The notes: generated from the sequence alone by a model not told the origin. Shown: positions 10,976 to 19,842, counted from the stretch's first letter. The stretch: 32,000 bases of DNA from Candidatus Saccharimonadota bacterium (GCF_000973505.1 NZ_CP010048.1:330001-362000); one strand, 5' to 3'. Translations and numbers: made by a program.

Positions 10976-11196
10976 TTAATTACTAGAATATTTATTATAA
11001 AAATAAATAAATCATTGCGTCCGGTTTTCACTTAAATTCACTTATAATGTTTAATGTAATTCATGTATTATTAGACATTATGTTTTATATTGTTTGTTTG
11101 TTCTGTTATAAATTTATTTTATATCATTGTGATTTTAATTTTTTTGAAAAAGATTAAAGTATAATGCTTTATTAAAGTATTCATAATAATTATTCT

Positions 11197-13131
11197 ATGC
11201 ATGAGTTTGTTTTAGAGGCATTAAAATTAGGTTTGTGGCGGCAATTAGACGTTCGATTTGCTTATATGTTATTAGCTGCTACTACTAATTTACATCAATA
11301 TAATGCTTTAATGTTGGCTATCATTACTTTAAGCGCATATATTAATCAAGGACATGTTTGTTTACCATTGTTTATATTATCTCCTAGTCGGTTATTTGGA
11401 GGAGAGCATCTTTTTTTAGCTAATGAAATTTGGAAAAAAATTGGTAATTTATCAATTTCTCAATGGACTGAATTATTACTTGTTAATAATACTATAGTAA
11501 GTAATGGGTCTTACTTAGCTCCACTAGTACTAGATAAAGGTCGATTATATTTATATCGTATGTGGAATTATGAATGTTCAATTGCTAAATTTTTTTATTA
11601 TAGCTCACGACAATTGAGCAATATTTCTATTAAAGAAAACAATAAAATAGCTAAATTATTAAATAACTTTTTTCCTGATGTAACTAATCTTAATAATAAG
11701 CTTGGTTATAGAAATAGTAATGATATTGATTGGCAAAAAATTGCTGTTGCTATGACTTTAACTAGTAAAGTCACAGTAATATCTGGAGGTCCAGGTACTG
11801 GAAAGACTTTTATTATTTCTAAATTATTGGCGATAATTTCGTTACTGTATTCTAATTGTTCATTAATAGTGAAAATGGCTGCACCTACTGGAAAATCGGT
11901 GGCACGATTAAATGAATCTATTAATATTATGAATCAGCAATTATCTTTAGTTAACAGTGATTTTAGGAAGACTACTTTATCAATAGAAGTAGTTACATTA
12001 CATAGGTTGTTGGGCATGTCTCTTTATCATCAGAACATTCAACGTGTTAAATATAATTTTTTGTGTTTAGATTATTTAATTATTGATGAGTCTTCAATGA
12101 TAGATTTGTCTATGATGGCAAAAATAATTAAATATTTATCAGCCAAGACAAAAATAATTTTTTTGGGTGATTATAATCAATTACCTTCAGTTGATCCTGG
12201 TTCTGTATTTTTAGATCTTTGTTATTTTATTGGAAAAAGTTATACATATAAATTTTCTCAAAGAATTCAAAATTTAACTAATTATACTTTGCCGTATAGT
12301 AGTGAAAATGAATATAGTATTACTGATACTTTATGTTTATTACAAAAAAATTATCGTTTTAGCGCTATTTCAGAAATTGGGCGATTAGCTAATGCTATTA
12401 ATTCAGGTAATCAACATCATGTTTTATCTTTATTAACTTCTAGAATGACAGTGGATATTTGTTACATGGTTGTAAAAGATCGTGAAGATTATTTTAAAAT
12501 GTTGTTTAAATGTGCACTGGGCTACATAAATTACTTTAAAAATATCGTATCATGTAGTTGTATAGATTTAGTGTCTATTTTAAATATTTTTAATGAATAC
12601 AGAGTATTATCTATATTACGGGAGGGGCCATTTGGTTTTATACAATTGAATGTATTGATTGAAAATATATTACGTAATTATGGATTAATTCACTCAGTGG
12701 ATAATAATGACGAATGTTATGTAGGCCGTCCAATTATTGTTACTTCTAATGATCCATCGTTATTGTTATTTAATGGTGAAACTGGTATTATATTGCCGGA
12801 TGATAATAATCAGTCAGATTTGTTTGCATATTTTATGTTATCAAACGGAAAAATTAATAAAGTTCCTTTGCATAAATTACCAAAACATGAAACTAATTTT
12901 GTAATGACCGTACATAAAGCTCAGGGATCGGAATTTAAATATGTATCGTTAGTATTTCCTGATAAAATTACACCAATATTGACTAAAGAGTTGTTTTACA
13001 CTGGTATTACTAGAGCTCGTAATCGTTTGTCAATTTATGCAAACGATAAAATAATAACTCATACCATGCAACATTCATATAATCGTTATAGTGGTCTGGT
13101 TGATCGTTTAAAGCATTATAAAGAATTATAA
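11197..13131 (+). CDS. recD: Exodeoxyribonuclease V alpha subunit (RecD)
   Basis: 644 aa. VISGGPGTGKTF (Walker A), LIIDESSMIDLSMM, LLQKNYRF, ILREGPFG, MTVHKAQGSEF and YTGITRARNRLSIY match the RecD helicase motifs. It follows recB. Confidence 0.93.
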   Translation: MHEFVLEALKLGLWRQLDVRFAYMLLAATTNLHQYNALMLAIITLSAYINQGHVCLPLFILSPSRLFGGEHLFLANEIWKKIGNLSISQWTELLLVNNTIVSNGSYLAPLVLDKGRLYLYRMWNYECSIAKFFYYSSRQLSNISIKENNKIAKLLNNFFPDVTNLNNKLGYRNSNDIDWQKIAVAMTLTSKVTVISGGPGTGKTFIISKLLAIISLLYSNCSLIVKMAAPTGKSVARLNESINIMNQQLSLVNSDFRKTTLSIEVVTLHRLLGMSLYHQNIQRVKYNFLCLDYLIIDESSMIDLSMMAKIIKYLSAKTKIIFLGDYNQLPSVDPGSVFLDLCYFIGKSYTYKFSQRIQNLTNYTLPYSSENEYSITDTLCLLQKNYRFSAISEIGRLANAINSGNQHHVLSLLTSRMTVDICYMVVKDREDYFKMLFKCALGYINYFKNIVSCSCIDLVSILNIFNEYRVLSILREGPFGFIQLNVLIENILRNYGLIHSVDNNDECYVGRPIIVTSNDPSLLLFNGETGIILPDDNNQSDLFAYFMLSNGKINKVPLHKLPKHETNFVMTVHKAQGSEFKYVSLVFPDKITPILTKELFYTGITRARNRLSIYANDKIITHTMQHSYNRYSGLVDRLKHYKEL

Positions 13132-13336
13132 AGAAGGGTGGTAATATTTTTTTATTGTGTTATCACTATGTATAATAGTAGTAATAATTTTCACTTATTA
13201 TTTTTCGGTAATAGTAGAAATTGTGCATTAGTGTACTCTGTTATTAAATTATGCTTAGGAATAGGCATAGGCATAGATAATAAAAATGTATTTTGGTACT
13301 TGTTTTGAGTAATGTAATGTGGTATCCTCACTTTTT

Positions 13337-13447
13337 GGTGAGGCCTTAGAGGTGTTCTTGCAATGGATGTTTTATGAACCCGGTCAGATCTGGAAGGAAG
13401 CAGCCGTAATGAAATATGCATGTGCATTGAGCCAATGAGGCTTCCCA
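13337..13447 (+). ncRNA. ffs: 4.5S RNA (signal recognition particle RNA)
   Basis: This is a local GC-rich island. CCCGGTCAGATCTGGAAGGAAGCAGCCGTAATGA matches the universally conserved SRP domain IV of E. coli 4.5S RNA (CCAGGUCAGGUCCGGAAGGAAGCAGCCAAGGCAG), including the GGAA tetraloop. The 5' GTGAGGCCT pairs with the 3' AGGCTTCCC to close a long hairpin, and CAATG pairs with CATTG internally. The ends are approximate (+/- 5 nt). Confidence 0.88.
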
Positions 13448-13536
13448 TTTTGATTTTTGTTTTATTTGCTGAGTTTTTTAATTGTTTTTGTATTCTATTC
13501 AGTAAAAAAAAACAGATTCTTGTATTTTATAATTTT

Positions 13537-13558
13537 ATCTTCTATACATATAGAAGAT
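13537..13558. terminator. Perfect 10-bp inverted repeat (atcttctata-ca-tatagaagat) between the 3' ends of ffs and hha; possible bidirectional terminator
   Basis: The palindrome is read directly from the sequence. It lies ~50 nt downstream of the hha stop and ~90 nt downstream of ffs. It is AT-rich and has no clean U-tract, so function is uncertain. Confidence 0.3.
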
Positions 13559-13607
13559 TTAATATATAAAAGATTTATTTCGTGATAATAAATAAATAAC
13601 TTATTTC

Positions 13608-13811
13608 TTAACGAACATATTTCCAAACAGAAATGGGTACTTTATCGTATAATTTATTCATTGTAAGTTCAGCTAATCTGTGATCTGCTGCAGAATTAAA
13701 ATTCTCCAATTCATCGTCAGATAATTCATATTTGTTTTTTTCAATTATCCGTTCCAATGTTTCTAGTGTTCTACATTTTCTTAATCGCATTAAATAATCT
13801 ATTTTTTTCAT
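13608..13811 (-). CDS. hha: Hha/YmoA-family H-NS co-regulator (haemolysin expression-modulating protein)
   Basis: The 67 aa sequence [67 protein letters not shown] aligns end to end with E. coli Hha (..[64 protein letters not shown]), with roughly three quarters identical by eye. A good AGGTG Shine-Dalgarno sits 7 nt upstream of the ATG. Confidence 0.92.
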   Translation of the reverse strand: MKKIDYLMRLRKCRTLETLERIIEKNKYELSDDELENFNSAADHRLAELTMNKLYDKVPISVWKYVR

Positions 13812-14099
13812 TAATTAACACCTATGAGTTACCAATTTAAATATTTTTATTGCACAACATAAAAACTTTATTTATCATGAATATATTTATCGTTACATTA
13901 CTAATTGTTTAATTTCAATCTCAAGAAATTTTATCATACTTTTGATAAAAAAGGTAAATGTAAATATAATTAAATTAAATGTTAATTATTATGTTTTATT
14001 TTTTTAAGTAATATAATTGTTGGTTGATACAATAAAATTTGTTGATATAATTGTATACATTGCAGTTTTACTGGCCGGTAATTATACTTTTCTATTGTT

Positions 14100-14132
14100 G
14101 TTTTTATATTGTTTTTATATTGTTTTTGTATT
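14100..14132. repeat. Tandem direct repeat, 3 copies of an 11-nt unit (gtttttatatt, gtttttatatt, gtttttgtatt)
   Basis: Read directly from the sequence, in the 618-bp non-coding spacer between hha and apt. Confidence 0.9.
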
Positions 14133-14428
14133 TAATTAATGCCAAAATAGCATTAGCTCAACTTGTAATTTAGTTGATTTGTACGTTGTTTTCATTACAT
14201 TATAAGGTTTCATATTATGATTATGATGATGATATTCATAAATCAACAATTCCAGTCATTACGTGGGTGATTCGTTGATGTGCGTGTGAAAATCAAGATA
14301 TATATCCGACATAAAAAATTAACATTTTTTGAGATTTTCGTTTGTAAGGGGATTTTTTTTAGTGTATTTATATCCGTTTAAATTAATAATTTTCTTAAAA
14401 TGTTTTAAATTTATAAATGCAATGAGCT

Positions 14429-14983
14429 ATGGAAAATATTATAAATCATCAATTATCCTTAATCAAAGAAAATATTTATTGTGTAAAAAATTATCCCAAA
14501 AAGGGGATTTTATTTCGTGATATTAGTCCTCTTTTAGAAAATCACAAAGCATATTCTGCTAGTATTTCTTTGTTGGCTAGTCATTATAAAAATTATAAAT
14601 TAACAAAAATTGTTGGTATTGAATCGCGAGGATTTTTGTTTGGTGCCCCGTTAGCTTTAATATTAAATTTGGGATTTATTCCAATACGGAAAGCAGGGAA
14701 GTTACCTAGAGATACAATCAGTACAAGTTATGTATTAGAATATGGAGTGTCTTATTTAGAAATACATAATGATGCTATTTATCCAGGAGATAAAATATTA
14801 ATTGTGGATGATATATTGGCCACTGGTGGGACTATTACAGCTTCTGTAAATTTAATCAGACGTTTGGGTGGTGAAGTACAAGATGCTGCGTTTATAGTAA
14901 ATTTAGATTATCTTGGTGGCAAAAAGATATTAGATAATATTGGAATACAGAGTTATAGTTTGGTTGTATTTTCAGAATATTAA
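14429..14983 (+). CDS. apt: Adenine phosphoribosyltransferase
   Basis: 184 aa. [30 protein letters not shown] and the PRPP-binding loop [13 protein letters not shown]. It precedes dnaX as in E. coli. Confidence 0.95.
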   Translation: MENIINHQLSLIKENIYCVKNYPKKGILFRDISPLLENHKAYSASISLLASHYKNYKLTKIVGIESRGFLFGAPLALILNLGFIPIRKAGKLPRDTISTSYVLEYGVSYLEIHNDAIYPGDKILIVDDILATGGTITASVNLIRRLGGEVQDAAFIVNLDYLGGKKILDNIGIQSYSLVVFSEY

Positions 14984-15092
14984 ATGAATTTTTTGCGTAT
15001 TAATAAAATTACAAATAATTATGCTATTATAATAGCTTATTATATGACTGTATGTGATTGATTAACAACAATAATTTTTATTAAAATTTTTT

Positions 15093-16307
15093 ATGACCTA
15101 TCAAGTTCTTGCTCGAAAATGGCGGCCAAAAGTTTTTGATTCTGTTATAGGCCAGGAACATATTGTAACCGCTATTGCAAATTCTTTTATATTAAATAAG
15201 GTGCATCATGCATATATATTATTTGGTACCCGGGGGGTTGGTAAAACGACTATAGCTCGATTATTTGCGAAACGCTTGAATTGTAAAAGTGAAAAAAAAT
15301 CATTACCGTGTGGTTGTTGTAATATTTGTTTAGAAATTGACAAGGGTTGTTTTTTTGATGTTATTGAAATAGATGCTGCTTCACGAAGTAAAGTGGAAGA
15401 CACTCGAGAATTTTTAGATGATTCGTACTATCCACCAATTGTTGGTCAATTTAAAGTGTATTTAATAGATGAAGTGCATATGTTATCTCGAAATAGTTTA
15501 AATGCACTGTTGAAAGTATTGGAAGAACCGCCTAAACATGTTAAATTTTTTTTAATTACTACTGAACAGCAAAAATTGCCAGCTACTATATTATCCCGAT
15601 GTGTTCAATTTTATTTGCGTCCTTTATCTATTTCCCAAATTTTCAATCAGTTAGTATATATTTTTAAACAGGAAAATATTGAATGTGAACTTTCAGGTGT
15701 AAAATTAATAGCTTATTTTGCTAAAGGCAGTATGCGTGATGCTTTAAGTTTAAGTGAACAGGCAATTATTATTGGGAAAAATAAAATATATCATAATGTC
15801 ATTAAGAAAATGTTAGGTGTTATAGATATAGAGCATCCATTATTTTTATTAGAAAGTTTGATTGATGACAATGTTCATGCGGTAATGCTTCGTATAGAAC
15901 AGTGCTCAAAATTAAATGTGGATTGGGATTATTTTTTGTCGGATATGCTTATGTTATTGCAAAAAATAGGTATGATTCAATTATCGAATAATACATATGA
16001 TACACATAATGACAATGTTGATGATATTAGAACATTTGAAAAAACTCGATTAATAGCGTTATCTAAAAAAATAGTTCCAGCACATGTACAATTATATTAT
16101 CAGATTTTTCTAACAGGTAGAAAAGAACTATATTATGCACCAAGTTATCGAATGGGTTTTGAAATGATTATGTTGCGTGCATCAATATTATTAGACATTG
16201 CAAAGAATCATAATTCTCATAATTATATCTGTAGTGATAATTCTGAAAAAAACTCTTTTATTACCAATATGATCGCAAATCAGGGTTCATTTATTACTTT
16301 TCGTTAA
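15093..16307 (+). CDS. dnaX: DNA polymerase III clamp-loader subunit DnaX, short form (404 aa, domains I-III only; no tau-specific C-terminus)
   Basis: MTYQVLARKWRPKVFDSVIGQEH, GTRGVGKTTIARLFAK (Walker A), a Cys4 zinc module (NCKSEKKSLPCGCCNIC), YLIDEVHML and ILSRC (SRC motif). The ORF stops at 404 aa, against 643 aa for tau and 431 aa for gamma in E. coli. Confidence 0.93.
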   Translation: MTYQVLARKWRPKVFDSVIGQEHIVTAIANSFILNKVHHAYILFGTRGVGKTTIARLFAKRLNCKSEKKSLPCGCCNICLEIDKGCFFDVIEIDAASRSKVEDTREFLDDSYYPPIVGQFKVYLIDEVHMLSRNSLNALLKVLEEPPKHVKFFLITTEQQKLPATILSRCVQFYLRPLSISQIFNQLVYIFKQENIECELSGVKLIAYFAKGSMRDALSLSEQAIIIGKNKIYHNVIKKMLGVIDIEHPLFLLESLIDDNVHAVMLRIEQCSKLNVDWDYFLSDMLMLLQKIGMIQLSNNTYDTHNDNVDDIRTFEKTRLIALSKKIVPAHVQLYYQIFLTGRKELYYAPSYRMGFEMIMLRASILLDIAKNHNSHNYICSDNSEKNSFITNMIANQGSFITFR

Positions 16308-16672
16308 CAAATTATAAAAAAATTCTAATATCATATTGTTATGCTATATGAAATAATAAATTAAGAAGTAAAGAGATAGTTTTTATATTATTCAAAGTGT
16401 TTTTAATGTTATTAATGTGAATGTTTATGTTTTAGTCGTGTAATTAATCATAGTAAGATATTTTGAATATAAAATATGTTTTAAAAGTATTTTAATTGTT
16501 ATTTTATTTAATTGAATGGTATTTATTATATGTTGCAATTTTAAATTACGATGGGTAGTCTTTACATGTACAACATGTTGTTATATTCAGGAGTTGTAAT
16601 TAGTTTATTTTCATATAATATATTATTTATATGAAATTCTGTACTTAGTGTTATAGTAAAGGTTTTTAAATC

Positions 16673-17335
16673 ATGCGAATTGTATTAATTGGCCCTCCAG
16701 GGGCAGGAAAAGGTACCCAAGCGTATTTTATCATGCAACATTATAATATTCCTTGTATTTCTGTAGGAAGCATGCTGCGCGATTTTATGAATACCGACTC
16801 CAATAATTTGTCGAATATGGTAAAAAATACTATTAATTCTGGTCATTTAGTATCAAACGAAATAGTAATAAATTTAGTAAAAAAAAGATTTAAAAATCGT
16901 GATTATTATAAAAATGGTTTTATACTGGATGGTTTTCCAAGAACATTTACTCAAGCACATGCTATGAAAGAAATTGGAATTTCAATAGATTTTGTGTTGA
17001 TATTTTCAATTTCAGAACAATTGATTATTCAACGAATTTCTGGTCGTTATTTACATGTTCCTTCTGGTAGAATTTATCATCCAATATTTAATCCTCCTAA
17101 GAAATATGGTTATGATGATATTACTGGAGAATTATTGGTGTGTAGAGAAGATGATAATAAGCAAGTTATACGGAACCGATTAATAGAGTATTACTGTTAT
17201 ACAATACCAGTAATAGATTTTTATCGCAAAGAATCTTTGATCGATCAGCGGTTACACTGTGTTTCAATTGATTGTGATAAAGATATATCAGAGGTTCAGT
17301 GTGCATTGAAGAAAATTTTTGATCAAAAATATTAA
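16673..17335 (+). CDS. adk: Adenylate kinase
   Basis: 220 aa. MRIVLIGPPGAGKGTQA (P-loop), GFILDGFPRT and the LID segment RISGRYLHVPSGRIYH. Confidence 0.95.
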   Translation: MRIVLIGPPGAGKGTQAYFIMQHYNIPCISVGSMLRDFMNTDSNNLSNMVKNTINSGHLVSNEIVINLVKKRFKNRDYYKNGFILDGFPRTFTQAHAMKEIGISIDFVLIFSISEQLIIQRISGRYLHVPSGRIYHPIFNPPKKYGYDDITGELLVCREDDNKQVIRNRLIEYYCYTIPVIDFYRKESLIDQRLHCVSIDCDKDISEVQCALKKIFDQKY

Positions 17336-17397
17336 AAAATATTAGTAGTGAAATAATATTGCCATAAATTGAATGATATATATTATCATTTAATATT

Positions 17398-17421
17398 GCC
17401 AACCCGTAATGTTGGGTTGGT
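17398..17421 (+). terminator. GC-rich hairpin (ccaaccc-gtaatgtt-gggttgg) ~65 nt downstream of adk; candidate adk terminator or icd leader element
   Basis: A 7-bp perfect G/C-containing stem stands out in a very AT-rich spacer. The downstream sequence (tatcttatc) is only weakly U-rich. Confidence 0.35.
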
Positions 17422-17553
17422 ATCTTATCAATTAGAATTTGGAGAGGCGGAAATTTTTTTTCATTTAATTCAAATGATCTACATAACATAATATGTAATA
17501 CGTAAACCATTATATATTTTATCTTTTATAAAAAATTAAATAAAATTTTAGAT

Positions 17554-19779
17554 ATGTATACAACTGATTTATCATCCAAAATAATTTATACGTTGACTGA
17601 TGAATCTCCATTATTGTCAACATATTCTTTCTTGCCAATTATTTTTACATTTATTAAAGATACCGGAATTACAGTTGAAACAAAAGATATTTCTCTAGCT
17701 ACTAGAATACTTAGTAATTTTTCTCGATTTTTGCGTTTTGAAGAACAAAAATCTAATGATTTATATGATTTAAGTCAAATAATAAAAATCAAGGATGCTA
17801 ATATTATAAAATTGCCTAATATTAGTGCTTCATTGCCCCAACTAAAAAAAGCTATTCAAGAATTGAAAAGTTGTGGATATTGTATTCCTAATTATATAGA
17901 TAAACCAAAAAATATATATGAACAAAATATTAAATTACTTTATGATAACATAAAAGGTAGTGCTGTTAATCCAATTTTACGAGACGGCAATTCTATACGC
18001 TATGTTCCATCTGTAATTAAAAAACATTTGAAAAGAAATTTCAAAGTTGATGATTGGTCAATTGATTCAAAATCTCACGTATCTCATATGAATAGTGGTG
18101 ATTTTTATGGTAGTGAAAAATCAATAATAATCAATAGAAGTCATTATATAACGATTGTTTTATTGAATCGATTCGGCGAAAAAAAAACATTAAAAGAAAA
18201 AATCTTAGTTAATTTTGGTGATGTAATTGATGTTGCTTGCATGAAAAAAAAGTTGTTAATTCGTTTTATTCGTGAACAAATTCAAGATGCTAAAAATCAA
18301 CAAATTTTATTATCTATACATTTAAAAAGTACAATGATGAAGATTTCTGATCCAATTATATTTGGTGTTATAGTAAGTGAATTTTACCGTAATATATGTA
18401 AAAAATACAAACGATATTTTGAAACGTTAAATATAAATTTTAATAATGGAATTAGTGATCTTTATAATAACATGTCGCATTTACCAAACACTGTGCAAAA
18501 AGATATAAAACAATCTCTTGAATTAATATACTCTCATCAACCCCGACTAGCAATGGTAGATTGTAACAATGGTATTACTAACTTACATATACCACATGGT
18601 ATGATTATTGATTCTTCGATGGCTAACATGATTTATAATTCTGGAAAAATGTTAGGTAATGATGGTAAATTATATGATACAAAGGCCATTATTCCTGATC
18701 GTTGTTATGCTGGCATATATCAAGCAGTAATTGAAAATTGTAAAAAACATGGTGCTTTTGATTCTAATACCATGGGTAGTATGTTGAACATTGGTCTGAT
18801 GGCAAAAAGAGCGGAAGAATACGGTTCGCATGATACTACTTTTGAAATTCCATATGATGGTGTTATGCAGGTTATTGATAATAATAATCAATTATTATTT
18901 GAAAACATAGTACAAATCGGTGATATTTGGCGATTGTGTCAAACAAGTGATATAGCCGTTAGGCATTGGGTAGAATTGGCATGCCAATATGCTGAATCAC
19001 ATAACATTCCTACTGTTTTTTGGTTAGATGACAAACGTCAACATGATATGTGTATCATAAAAAAGGTCAAATCGTATATAAATATTTCATCATTTGTAGA
19101 TATTATTATTTTATCTCCTGTGCAAGCCGTGTTATTTTCTATTGAACGAATCCGTTCTGGGAAAAATGTCATTTCAGTGACTGGGAATGTTATACGTGAT
19201 TATCTTACTGATTTATTTCCTATTTTAGAATTAGGCTCTAGTGCTAGAACGTTATCCATTACTCGGTTGATATCTGATGGAATTTTATGCGAAACAGGAT
19301 CAGGTGGATCTGCGCCAAAACATTTTGAAACATTTATCAAACATAATCATTTATCTTGGGATTCTTTAGGGGAGTTTTTTGCTTTGTTTGCCTCGTTTAA
19401 ACATATATTTGAGAATAACGGTAATTTTAAAGCTAAGATTTTGTCAGATTCTTTATATCAGGGTATTTGTAAATTGATTAAAATGAATCGTTTACCTTCT
19501 AAGAAAATTGGTGAGCTAGATAGTCGAGGTAGTCATTTTTATTTAGCGATGTATTGGTCAGAAGCTTTAGCGTTACAAAATACTGATAAAAAATTAAAAA
19601 ACAAATTTAAAAATTTGTATGATTTATTGATTTTTAACGAAAAAAATATTATGGATGAGTTAATTCAAGTGCAAGGAAAAAGCGTGGAACTTGGAGGCTA
19701 TTATAATCCAGACGTTAGAAAATTAAAAAAAATCATGTGCCCCAGCATTATTTTTAACGATATATTGAAGTTATTTTAA
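17554..19779 (+). CDS. icd: Isocitrate dehydrogenase (NADP), monomeric type (~740 aa class)
   Basis: 741 aa. KIIYTLTDESPLLSTYSFLPII, VETKDISLATRIL, IIKLPNISASLPQLKKAIQEL, KGSAVNPILRDGNS, HLKSTMMKISDPIIFG, IPDRCYAGIYQ, AEEYGSHDTTF, ISVTGNVIRDYLTDLFPILELGSSA and GSGGSAPKH are collinear with the Azotobacter/Corynebacterium monomeric IDH as recalled. Confidence 0.93.
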   Translation: MYTTDLSSKIIYTLTDESPLLSTYSFLPIIFTFIKDTGITVETKDISLATRILSNFSRFLRFEEQKSNDLYDLSQIIKIKDANIIKLPNISASLPQLKKAIQELKSCGYCIPNYIDKPKNIYEQNIKLLYDNIKGSAVNPILRDGNSIRYVPSVIKKHLKRNFKVDDWSIDSKSHVSHMNSGDFYGSEKSIIINRSHYITIVLLNRFGEKKTLKEKILVNFGDVIDVACMKKKLLIRFIREQIQDAKNQQILLSIHLKSTMMKISDPIIFGVIVSEFYRNICKKYKRYFETLNINFNNGISDLYNNMSHLPNTVQKDIKQSLELIYSHQPRLAMVDCNNGITNLHIPHGMIIDSSMANMIYNSGKMLGNDGKLYDTKAIIPDRCYAGIYQAVIENCKKHGAFDSNTMGSMLNIGLMAKRAEEYGSHDTTFEIPYDGVMQVIDNNNQLLFENIVQIGDIWRLCQTSDIAVRHWVELACQYAESHNIPTVFWLDDKRQHDMCIIKKVKSYINISSFVDIIILSPVQAVLFSIERIRSGKNVISVTGNVIRDYLTDLFPILELGSSARTLSITRLISDGILCETGSGGSAPKHFETFIKHNHLSWDSLGEFFALFASFKHIFENNGNFKAKILSDSLYQGICKLIKMNRLPSKKIGELDSRGSHFYLAMYWSEALALQNTDKKLKNKFKNLYDLLIFNEKNIMDELIQVQGKSVELGGYYNPDVRKLKKIMCPSIIFNDILKLF

Positions 19780-19842
19780 TCATGTGAATTTTTGCTTAAT
19801 AAAAAAAATTTTGTTGATCGTTGTTATAAAAATTTATGTAAA

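Noticed and set aside
13255-13278. A hexamer microrepeat (taggaa-taggca-taggca-tagata) upstream of ffs
   Set aside because: It is short and degenerate, with no associated feature. It may overlap the ffs promoter region, but I could not identify convincing -35/-10 boxes.
13191-13448. An 85-aa minus-strand ORF (MGSLIGSMHMHISLRLLPSRSDRVHK...)
   Set aside because: Its 5' part is simply the antisense of the 4.5S RNA gene. The unusual GC-rich codons come from the structured RNA, and the rest is AT-rich spacer. There is no Shine-Dalgarno or family resemblance.
13812-14000. A possible tomB remnant upstream of hha (short frames such as MINKVFMLCNKNI)
   Set aside because: The resemblance to the TomB C-terminus is too weak and too short to support a call.
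14100-14132. Whether the tandem repeat could be a CRISPR array or a mobile-element terminus
   Set aside because: There are only three contiguous 11-nt units with no spacers, no cas genes and no transposase or inverted terminal repeats nearby. It looks like simple slippage in AT-rich DNA.
14329-14520. A 63-aa ORF overlapping the start of apt
   Set aside because: It is out of frame with apt, which is clearly real, and overlaps it. The sequence is low-complexity.
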